Positions 25,069 through 32,000 of a stretch of 32,000 nucleotides of DNA are shown piece after piece. Numbering within the stretch: position 1 is the first letter of the stretch; the number at the start of each line of letters is the position of its first letter. A program made the translations under genes and the position numbers. This DNA comes from Gemmata obscuriglobus (GTDB lineage Bacteria; Planctomycetota; Planctomycetia; Gemmatales; Gemmataceae): contig NZ_CP042911.1 in the NCBI RefSeq assembly GCF_008065095.1, positions 6,450,001 to 6,482,000 on the forward strand, given 5' to 3'. The notes under the pieces are model-generated. The model was not told the DNA's origin, searched no databases, and worked only from the letters and a program-made list of their open reading frames with translations.

Positions 25069-27393
25069 TCACAAGCGCTCTGCGCCAGCCAGAAAGATGC
25101 GGTCGAACTGGTCGGCGATCGAACCGAACGCGTACACCAGCACAGGGTCGAACTGCCCCGGGGACTCGGCTACGATGACCCGCACCGCGCGGGGGTGGCT
25201 CAGCGCCGGCCGGTACGGCCGGCGGCACCGCAACGCGTCATACACGGACACCAACGCCACGAGCCGCGCGGCCAGTGGGATCTGTTCGCCGCGCAGCCCG
25301 TCCGGATATCCGGTACCGTCCCAGCGCTCGTGGTGCCCCTTCGCAATGTCGGCCGCCACCGCCACCCCCACGGCTTCCGGGTGCGCCGCGGCCAACCGGG
25401 CAAGCAGGTGACCGCCGACGGTCGGGTGCGCTTGCACCGCCAGCCGCTCGGTCTCGTCCAGCCGCCCCCGTTTGGACAGCGTGTCCGGCGGGACCGACAG
25501 CATGCCAACGTCGTGGGCCGGTGCGGCCTTGGCCAGCAGGTCCACGAACACCGGGTGCGACAGCCGCACGTACGCGCCCGTGTGCGGAACTGCCGCGGCA
25601 AGGGCACGGACGTACTGAGGGATCCGAGCGTGGTACCCGCGGTCCACCGCGCCGACCTCTTCGGCCAACCGGCACGCCCCTTGCGCCAACAGGGCGACGG
25701 CCGTGGACGCCGTCGCATCGGGCGCCACATCGGCGGGGGGCCGGCTCCCGGTGCCGCTGCCGTGGTGCCGCCCGAGTTCGCCGCGGCGGGCCAGCAGCCC
25801 CCGCACGCGAGAGAGGAACTCGGGCGGGGTGAACGGTTTGCGGATGAAGTCGTCCGCGCCGCCCAGAAGCAACCCGCCGAGCGACTCGGTGGGCACCCGG
25901 CCCGACATGTACAGGATCATCGGGACCGGCGGGGCCGCGACCTGCTGCACCCGGGCAATGAACTTGGAGCCGTCCAGCCGCGGCATCTCTTGATCGACCA
26001 CCAGGAGATCGAACCGCCCACCTTCGACCCGCCCCAGCCCGTCCCGCCCGTCGGCCGCCTCCACGCACTCGTACCCGTCGCCCAGCAGCGCGCGCACGTA
26101 CGCGCGCACGTCGGGGTCGTCGTCGATCACCAGCACCCGGGGGCGCGGCGGGCCGGCCGCGCCGGCCCGCGCCGGCGGCCGGTAACTGACGAACGGCAGC
26201 AGCGCCGCCGCCGCCGCCGCCGCCGAAGGGAACCGCCGCCCGGGGTCCGGGTCCATGAGCTTGGCCACCAGCGCGTCCAACTCGGCCGGCAGTTCGGGGC
26301 GGTGCTCGCGCACCCGCGGCACGGTCCCGTGCAGCCGCCGCGCCACCATCGCCATGAGGTCCCCGCCGGCGGGAAACGGGTCGCGCCCGGTGAGGGCCAG
26401 GAACAGCGAGGCGCCCAGCCCGAACACGTCGGCCCGGCCGTCGACCCGACTCGGGTGTTCGACCTGTTCCGGGGCCATGTACCCGACCGACCCGATCAGC
26501 ACCCCCGGCTCGGTCAGCTCCTGGGCCGAGTGCCGCGCGAGCCCGAAGTCGAGCACCTTGGCCTTCCAGTCCGGGGTGACCAGGATGTTGGGCGGTTTGA
26601 TGTCCCGGTGCACCAGCCCGTGCCGGTGCGCCTCGGCCAGCGCCTCGGCGACCTGGCGGAGCAGGTCCGCCGCCCGGTGCACCGGGAGCGGGCCGCCGCC
26701 GGCCACGGTGGCCTGCAGGTCGGCCCCCGGCACTAGGTCCATCACGTAGTACTCGCGGGCGGGGCCGCCCGGGCGCAGCGGCCCCTCGCGCCCGGCGTCC
26801 AGGCAGCTCACGATGTTCGGGTGCTGCAGCCGGGCCACGGCCCGGGCCTCCAGGAAGAAGCGGCTGCTGAGCCGGGCGTCACCCGCGTGCCGCTCGGTCA
26901 ACACTTTGAGCGCCACCGGGCGCCGCAGGTGCCGGTGCTCGGCCCGGTACACCAGCCCCATGCCCCCGCGCCCCAGAGGCTCTAACAGGCGGTAGTGCCC
27001 CAGCAGCAGCGAGGCGCTGTCGCCGGCGCGCACCGCGTCCGCCTGGAACCGGGTCAGCAGGTGCCGCCCCATCAGCGCCGTCAGTGCGGCGTTCGTGTCC
27101 GCTTGGGCGGCGAGTTCGGCCCGCACCTCGGCGGGCAACTCGTCCCACTCCTCGCGGAGCAGAACGCCGCTGCTCAACAAATCCAGCACCGGCGTGGGCT
27201 GGGGTCCCCCCGGCGGCGCCCGGCGCGCGTCCGCCGGGCCGGACCGGGTCCCGTTGCGCAACTGGTTCACCCCACGGACCTCCGCGCCCCGCCGCTTCGT
27301 GCGCCGGGGCTGTGCTATAGAGAAATCGGGACGCACGCTGAACTCTAGTGCGCGTCCGAACCGGCTCCGACCGCGCCAGCCGGAACACAGCAT
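25069..27393 (-). CDS. Hanks-type Ser/Thr protein kinase - REC - HD-GYP three-domain fusion (774 aa)
   Basis: Kinase, aa ~134-385: LGRGGMGLVYRA, VALKVL, HRDIKPPNIL, DFGLA, GYMAPE. REC, aa ~419-533: VLVIDDDPD, LLVVDQEMPRLDG, ILYMSG, IRKPF. HD-GYP, aa ~575-760: HDVGM, HHERWDGTGYPDGL. The N-terminal 130 aa and the exact start are uncertain; the ATG at 27393 is the longest option. Confidence 0.85.
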   Translation of the reverse strand: MLCSGWRGRSRFGRALEFSVRPDFSIAQPRRTKRRGAEVRGVNQLRNGTRSGPADARRAPPGGPQPTPVLDLLSSGVLLREEWDELPAEVRAELAAQADTNAALTALMGRHLLTRFQADAVRAGDSASLLLGHYRLLEPLGRGGMGLVYRAEHRHLRRPVALKVLTERHAGDARLSSRFFLEARAVARLQHPNIVSCLDAGREGPLRPGGPAREYYVMDLVPGADLQATVAGGGPLPVHRAADLLRQVAEALAEAHRHGLVHRDIKPPNILVTPDWKAKVLDFGLARHSAQELTEPGVLIGSVGYMAPEQVEHPSRVDGRADVFGLGASLFLALTGRDPFPAGGDLMAMVARRLHGTVPRVREHRPELPAELDALVAKLMDPDPGRRFPSAAAAAAALLPFVSYRPPARAGAAGPPRPRVLVIDDDPDVRAYVRALLGDGYECVEAADGRDGLGRVEGGRFDLLVVDQEMPRLDGSKFIARVQQVAAPPVPMILYMSGRVPTESLGGLLLGGADDFIRKPFTPPEFLSRVRGLLARRGELGRHHGSGTGSRPPADVAPDATASTAVALLAQGACRLAEEVGAVDRGYHARIPQYVRALAAAVPHTGAYVRLSHPVFVDLLAKAAPAHDVGMLSVPPDTLSKRGRLDETERLAVQAHPTVGGHLLARLAAAHPEAVGVAVAADIAKGHHERWDGTGYPDGLRGEQIPLAARLVALVSVYDALRCRRPYRPALSHPRAVRVIVAESPGQFDPVLVYAFGSIADQFDRIFLAGAERL

Positions 27394-27523
27394 TTCGCGC
27401 GGCGGCCGGAATCATCAGCCGGGGCGCGAAATACGGTGAGCCCGCAAATTCGGCCCGAACCGCTCGATAAGCGGAGTGAGCGTCTGGAACCCTCCGGACG
27501 CATTGCCGAGCGGAGAGCGACGA

Positions 27524-27838
27524 ATGGCCGGTGCATCCCCGGTTCGCGTGACCGACGACGAGCGCCCGGGGTGGGCCCGGCTGGTGCTCGCCGGCCGGGT
27601 GACCGTCACCGACGCACACCCGCTGCACGCCGCGGCCCGCGAAATACTCGCCCGCGGCGCCAACGTGGCGGTGCGGTGCGAGGGGGTCGAGCACCTCGAC
27701 ACGGCCGCGATCCAAGTGCTACTGTCCCTGAGCCGCGAGGTCCGTCGGGCGGGCCGGCAGTTGGTCGTCGGCGGCGTCCCCGGCCCCATCGCGGAGTACT
27801 TACGGCTGGCCGGACTGGCCGGACAGCCCGCCGCCTGA
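27524..27838 (+). CDS. STAS-domain protein (anti-sigma-factor-antagonist-like)
   Basis: ARLVLAGRVTVTDAHPLHAAAREIL...VAVRCEGVEHLDTAAIQVLLSLSREVRRAGRQLVVGGVPGPIAEYLRLAGL follows the SpoIIAA/STAS layout. Thr occupies the position of the phosphorylatable Ser (DSSG becomes DTAA). The start is set to the ATG at 27524, with GGAGAG 6 nt upstream. The track GTG at 27476 is also possible. Confidence 0.7.
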   Translation: MAGASPVRVTDDERPGWARLVLAGRVTVTDAHPLHAAAREILARGANVAVRCEGVEHLDTAAIQVLLSLSREVRRAGRQLVVGGVPGPIAEYLRLAGLAGQPAA

Positions 27839-27873
27839 CCGGCCCTTTCCCGAGAATCCGGGACCGAGGAACG

Positions 27874-28239
27874 ATGAACAAGACCATCCTGATCGTGGAC
27901 GACTCCCCCACCATGCGGCAGATGGTGGGCGACACGCTTCGCGGCGCCGGGTACGCGGTGCTCGAAGGGGTCAACGGGTCCGACGCGCTCGCGAAGGTCG
28001 CGGGGCGCACGGTGCACCTGGTCATCACCGACTTCAACATGCCGGTGATGGGCGGGCTGGTGCTGATCGAGCGGCTCCGCGCCAAACCCGAGTTCCGGTT
28101 CACCCCGATCCTGGTGCTGACCACCGAGTCCGAAACGTCGCGCAAGGAACAGGGGAAGGCCGCGGGCGCGACCGGCTGGGTGACCAAGCCGTTCGACCCG
28201 GCGCGGCTGGTCCAGGTGGTTAAGCGGTTAATGCCCTGA
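27874..28239 (+). CDS. cheY: CheY-like single-domain response regulator (121 aa)
   Basis: The internal ATG of track ORF 27436..28239 gives MNKTILIVDDSPTMRQM...HLVITDFNMPVMGG...ILVLTTES...GATGWVTKPF. The acidic pocket DD, the phospho-Asp, Thr and Lys are all present. It lies immediately upstream of cheA. Confidence 0.9.
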   Translation: MNKTILIVDDSPTMRQMVGDTLRGAGYAVLEGVNGSDALAKVAGRTVHLVITDFNMPVMGGLVLIERLRAKPEFRFTPILVLTTESETSRKEQGKAAGATGWVTKPFDPARLVQVVKRLMP

Positions 28240-28256
28240 CACGAACGGCGGACGCC

Positions 28257-31200
28257 ATGCAACTCGATCCCGAGCGCTACCTGCGCACCTTTTTCGACGA
28301 GGCCGTCGAGCACATCAGCGCCCTTGAGGGGGCGCTGCTGCGGCTCGAATCCGGGCCGCACGACCCCGCGGCGGTGGACGCCGCGTTCCGGGCCGCCCAC
28401 TCGGTCAAGGGCGGCGCGGACGCGGTCGGGCTCCCGCACATCGCCAAGTTCACTCACGGGCTCGAGGGGTTCCTGGAGCGGTTCCGGGGCGGGGGCAAGA
28501 TCCCCCGCCGGGTGCTGGACCTGTTGCTCGAGGCGACCGACACGCTCGGCCGGCTGGTGTCGGCCGCCCGCGCCGCCGAGGCGCCCCCCCCGGGCGTCGA
28601 CGAGCTGCTCGCGCGGCTCACCACCGACGCCGGCGGGTCGATGGTCTCCAAGTCGTGGTGGGCCGCCCCGCAGGCGCTGGGCGCGCTCCAGTCGCAGGCC
28701 GGCGCCCCCAAACCGGCTCCGACCTCTGGGTCGCAGGCCGGGAGCCCCAAACCGGCCGCTCCGGCGCCGGCCGCTCCGCCGCCGGCCGCGGCCCCCGAAC
28801 CGACCACCTACACGGTGACCGTCGTCCCGCACCCCGAGGCGCTGCGGTCCGGCCTGGACCCCCTCGGGCTGCTGCGCGAGGTCGGCGCCCTGGGGACCGT
28901 CGAGCGGGTCGAGGTGCACACGAAGGGGCTGCCCGCGCTCGCCGACCTGGACCCCGAGCGGTGCTACCTCTCGTGGACCCTCCGGCTCAGCACCGCGCAG
29001 CCCGCGGACGCGATCCGCGACGTGTTCGCGTTCGCTCCGGCCCTGGTAAAGGCGACCGTGCAGGTCGGTGCCACCGACCCGTCGCCAGCCGACTCGGCCG
29101 CGCCGCCCCAGGCGCCGCCCGCTCCGCCGCCGCCGAAGGCCCCGCCCGCGGCCCCCAAGACCCCGGCCGCCACCTGGGTCGCATCGTTCGAGCGCAAGCT
29201 GCCGATTCCGGACCCGATCCGGTTCGCCACCTTCCTCGTGGACCGGGGGACCGTTACCGCACCGCAAGCGCTCACCGCGCTCGCCCGACAGCACGAGGCG
29301 CGCCCGACCCTCGGGCGCGTCGCGGTCGAGGCCGGGCTGGTGACCGTCGAGAACCTCACGGGGCTGCTCGCCCACATGGGGCCGGACGAAGGGTTCGGGA
29401 GCGCCGCGGTGCGGCTCGGGTACCTGTCCGAGAACGACCTGGGGCGGCTCGTGCTCGCGCAAGAGCGGCAGGCCCCGCCGATCGGGGAGTGCCTGGTCGA
29501 AACCGGGGCCCTGACCCCCGACCAGTTGAGCACCGAGACGCTCCAGTTCTGCGCCAAGGCGGCGACCGCGCCGCACCCCGCCTCCAGCTATTGCGACCTC
29601 CCCCCGCCGCCTGTGGAGATGCCCCGCGCCCCCGGGCAGTCGCTGCTGCTCGAGAACGGCCCGATGATCGGTGACTTCTGCCAGGAGGCGTCCGAGCACC
29701 TGGAAACGGCCGACAGGAACCTGCTGGTCATCGACGGCGACCCCACCAACGCGAACGCCCTGAACGCGGTGTACCGCGGGTTCCACACCATCAAGGGCGT
29801 GTCCAGCATGCTCGGGCTGGCCGCGGTGCAGATGGTGGCCCACGAGGCCGAGAACCTGCTCAACCTGGCCCGCGACGGCAAAGTGCGGCTCCAGGGCAAG
29901 CCGATGGACCTGGTGTTCGCCAGCACCGACGCGCTGAAGCGCCAGGTGCAGTTCATCCGCGCCTGGAGCACCGAAGGCGGGCGGCTCGCAGAGGACCCGG
30001 CCCTCCCGGCGCTGGTCGCGGAGCTGCGCGTCGCGGCCAGTGGCGCGACCGAAGCCCCGCCCCGGGCCGCACCCAAGTCCGTCGCCCCGCCGGCCCCCGT
30101 TGCTGCGGCCGCGCCGGCACCGGCGGCCGAGCACGTCCCGGCCCCGGCCCCCAAGGCGGAGAAGGCCGAGCACGCCCCGGCCCCGGCACCGGCACCGAAG
30201 GCGGAAAAGGCCGAACCTGCCGCCGAGGGCGCCGGCCTGCGTCGCATCCCCGAGAAGGAAACGGTGCGGGTCGACAAGGACCGGCTCGACAAGCTCATCA
30301 ACACCATCGGCGAGCTGGTCATCGCGCAGTCCATGGCCCAGCAGGAGTTCGACGAGATGTCCAACGGCTCGGGCGTGGGCTCGCTGGCCCTGCCCGAACT
30401 GGCGAAGATCTCGCGGGACCTGCAGGAGCTGAGCCTGTCCCTGCGAATGGTGCCGCTCCAGGGCACGTTCCAAAAGATGGCCCGGCTGGTGCGGGACCTG
30501 TCCCGCAAGATGAACAAGCCGGTGGAGCTGGAACTCCACGGGGAGGAAACCGAACTCGACAAGACGGTGGTGGACCAGCTCGGCGACCCGCTCATGCACA
30601 TGGTCCGCAACGCCGTCGACCACGGGCTCGAAGACCCCGACGAGCGGACCACGGTGGGCAAGACGCGGGAGGGGCACGTCGAGCTCCGCGCGTACCACCA
30701 GGGCGGCAGCGTGTTCATCGAGCTGACCGACGACGGCAAGGGGCTGGACCGTGAGCGGATCCTGAAGAAAGCGGTCGAGAAGGCGATTATTGCCGAAGGC
30801 CAGCGGCTCACGGACCCCGAGATCTACGCGCTCATCTTCGAGCCCGGGTTCTCGACCGCCAAGGCCGTCACCGACGTGTCCGGCCGCGGGGTCGGGATGG
30901 ACGTGGTGCGGCGGAACGTGGAGGCGCTGCAGGGCAACATCCTGATCCGCACCCAGGCCGGCAAGGGCACCACGTTCACCATCCGGCTGCCGCTCACGCT
31001 GGCCATCATGGACGGGCTGATGGTCGCGCTCGGGGACGACGTGTACGTGCTGCCGCTGCTGTCGGTGGTCGAGTCGTTCCGCCCGCACCCCGCGGACCTG
31101 CGCCGGGTCGCGGGCCACGGCGAGGCGGTGACGGTCCGCGGCGAGGTGGTGCCGCTCCTGCGGCTGCACCAGCTGTTCGGCCGCTCCGCGCGGGTCGAGG

Positions 31201-31457
31201 ACCCGGGCCGGGGGCTGGTGGTGCTGGTCGAGGACCAGGGCAAAAAGCACGCGATCCTGGTGGACGAGCTGCTGGGCCAGATGCAGGCGGTGGTGAAGAG
31301 CCTGGACGCCAACTACCGCCGGGTGGAAGGGCTCGCCGGGGCCACGATCCTCGGCGACGGCCGGGTGGCGATGATCCTCGACATCCACGGGCTGGCCCAG
31401 TTGCACGCCCAGGGCGGCGGGGCCCTGGAACCGATGTTGGCCCCGGCCGCGGTGTGA
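28257..31457 (+). CDS. cheA: Chemotaxis-type histidine kinase CheA with two Hpt domains and an intervening MshEN/T2SSE_N-like repeat module (1066 aa)
   Basis: Hpt-1: FFDEAVEHISALE...FRAAHSVKGGADAVGL. A conserved post-P1 module follows (TYTVTVVPHPEALRSGLDPLGLLREVGALG...DPERCYLSWTLRL). Four 24-aa repeats occupy 29220-29549. Hpt-2: FCQEASEHLE...YRGFHTIKGVSSMLGL. An Ala/Pro linker carries the duplicated PAPAPKAEKAE. The rest is a dimerisation region (VRVDKDRLDKLINTIGELV), HATPase (HMVRNAVDHG, DDGKGLD, GRGVGMDVV, GKGTTF) and a C-terminal CheW-like P5 (VLPLLSVVE...GATILGDGRVAMILD). Confidence 0.9.
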   Translation: MQLDPERYLRTFFDEAVEHISALEGALLRLESGPHDPAAVDAAFRAAHSVKGGADAVGLPHIAKFTHGLEGFLERFRGGGKIPRRVLDLLLEATDTLGRLVSAARAAEAPPPGVDELLARLTTDAGGSMVSKSWWAAPQALGALQSQAGAPKPAPTSGSQAGSPKPAAPAPAAPPPAAAPEPTTYTVTVVPHPEALRSGLDPLGLLREVGALGTVERVEVHTKGLPALADLDPERCYLSWTLRLSTAQPADAIRDVFAFAPALVKATVQVGATDPSPADSAAPPQAPPAPPPPKAPPAAPKTPAATWVASFERKLPIPDPIRFATFLVDRGTVTAPQALTALARQHEARPTLGRVAVEAGLVTVENLTGLLAHMGPDEGFGSAAVRLGYLSENDLGRLVLAQERQAPPIGECLVETGALTPDQLSTETLQFCAKAATAPHPASSYCDLPPPPVEMPRAPGQSLLLENGPMIGDFCQEASEHLETADRNLLVIDGDPTNANALNAVYRGFHTIKGVSSMLGLAAVQMVAHEAENLLNLARDGKVRLQGKPMDLVFASTDALKRQVQFIRAWSTEGGRLAEDPALPALVAELRVAASGATEAPPRAAPKSVAPPAPVAAAAPAPAAEHVPAPAPKAEKAEHAPAPAPAPKAEKAEPAAEGAGLRRIPEKETVRVDKDRLDKLINTIGELVIAQSMAQQEFDEMSNGSGVGSLALPELAKISRDLQELSLSLRMVPLQGTFQKMARLVRDLSRKMNKPVELELHGEETELDKTVVDQLGDPLMHMVRNAVDHGLEDPDERTTVGKTREGHVELRAYHQGGSVFIELTDDGKGLDRERILKKAVEKAIIAEGQRLTDPEIYALIFEPGFSTAKAVTDVSGRGVGMDVVRRNVEALQGNILIRTQAGKGTTFTIRLPLTLAIMDGLMVALGDDVYVLPLLSVVESFRPHPADLRRVAGHGEAVTVRGEVVPLLRLHQLFGRSARVEDPGRGLVVLVEDQGKKHAILVDELLGQMQAVVKSLDANYRRVEGLAGATILGDGRVAMILDIHGLAQLHAQGGGALEPMLAPAAV

Positions 31458-31558
31458 CCGGCGGCGCACACGCACCCGCGACGGGGTCACGTTCGGACCG
31501 GGCCGCGACCGTAAGGACCGGCCCGCCCGGGACGAGACGCCATCACCGGGTCCGAGGG

Positions 31559-32000
31559 TCAGTACCGCACCGCGAACCCGACACCGGCGAAGAGGTCGCC
31601 CGCCCGGCGGTTCAGGCCGAACCCGAACCGGGCGTCGACCTGGAAATTCGGAGTCACCCGGTACAGGAGCCCGCTGTCGAAGTAATACTGGGGACCGGCC
31701 CGCGGGGTGTCGGCCCCGGCCGGCGCGAGCACGAAGAACTCGGTGAACGCCCCGAGCCGCTCGGTCAGAGTGTACCCCACCGACAGCGATTGCGCGAGCT
31801 GGGCGTACGTGCCCCCGGTGTCGTCCACGGCGGCGGCCGCGGCGCTGGTCCCGCCGAGCGACACCAGGTCGGGGATCAGCTCCCACGAGTAGAGGTACAG
31901 TAGCCCCGGCAGCGGGTGCCGGCCGCTCAGCTCCCGCCGCCCGGTGGGGACGGTCATCTGCAAGGTGACCGCGGTTTCCGGGCGCCAGCCGGCGCCCTCC
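31559..32000 (-). CDS. Outer-membrane beta-barrel-type protein (resembles the 'MetA-pathway/transporter' family), C-terminal part; the 5' end lies beyond the window
   Basis: The frame is open to position 32000 (..EGAGWRPETAVTLQMTVPTG..). It shows alternating beta-strand-like patterning and the terminal ...LLYRVTPNFQVDARFGFGLNRRAGDLFAGVGFAVRY, an aromatic C-terminal residue typical of OM barrels. It is convergent with cheA. Confidence 0.45.
   Translation of the reverse strand, partial: EGAGWRPETAVTLQMTVPTGRRELSGRHPLPGLLYLYSWELIPDLVSLGGTSAAAAAVDDTGGTYAQLAQSLSVGYTLTERLGAFTEFFVLAPAGADTPRAGPQYYFDSGLLYRVTPNFQVDARFGFGLNRRAGDLFAGVGFAVRY

Noticed and set aside
30040-30240. Repetitive GC-rich DNA (ccggc[ac]cc[cg]aaggcgga[ga]aaggccga...) that might look like a short repeat array
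   Set aside because: There are only two imperfect ~30-nt copies 48 nt apart. They are in frame inside cheA, encoding the Ala/Pro/Lys/Glu linker (PAPAPKAEKAE x2). This is a coding low-complexity duplication, not a CRISPR or regulatory array.
27606-31886. 1426-aa ORF antisense to cheY/cheA, the longest ORF in this part of the window
   Set aside because: It is extremely Arg/Gly/Pro/His-rich (runs such as RRGRRRGRHRG) with no recognisable motifs. It is fully antisense to a CheA whose Hpt, HATPase and CheW motifs are all intact. This is the typical stop-codon-poor antisense frame of high-GC DNA.

Overview
High-GC (~65%) bacterial window. All calls are by eye from the sequence and ORF track; no searches were run. 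It most likely comes from a Gemmataceae-type planctomycete. That is an inference from the EF-Tu switch-I signature IAKGGxVRDxxKTVTIA, the extended SecE, NusG and L1, and an ISAzo13-type IS. There are four blocks. (1) 1-18756, all on the minus strand, is one contiguous translation/transcription supercluster: promoter, tRNA-Thr(UGU), tRNA-Tyr, tRNA-Gly, tRNA-Thr(GGU), tuf, tRNA-Trp, secE, nusG, rplK, rplA, rplJ, rplL, rpoB, rpoC, rpsL, rpsG, fusA (fusA is cut by the window edge). Several structured spacers and lineage-specific protein insertions occur in this block. (2) 18837-24051 is a decayed mobile-DNA region. It holds a tyrosine-integrase pseudogene split by a ~101-bp MITE-like palindromic element with a 5-bp target duplication, and the integrase is truncated against an IS4-like transposase fragment. 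It also holds three small cargo genes (membrane protein, small anchored protein, MBL-fold hydrolase), an IS630-like fragment, and an ISAzo13-like IS with recognisable terminal inverted repeats but a multiply frameshifted transposase. (3) 24071-31457 is the most interesting part, a compact signalling cluster. A REC-Hpt protein and a Hanks Ser/Thr kinase-REC-HD-GYP fusion lie on the minus strand, divergent from STAS-CheY-CheA. The 1066-aa CheA has two Hpt domains separated by four tandem 24-aa MshEN/T2SSE_N-like repeats, a candidate c-di-GMP-binding module. No MCP, CheW, CheB or CheR is present in the window. (4) 31559-32000 is the 3' part of a convergent outer-membrane beta-barrel-type gene. 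No CRISPR array, rRNA or intact prophage was seen. The many very long antisense ORFs are high-GC artefacts.
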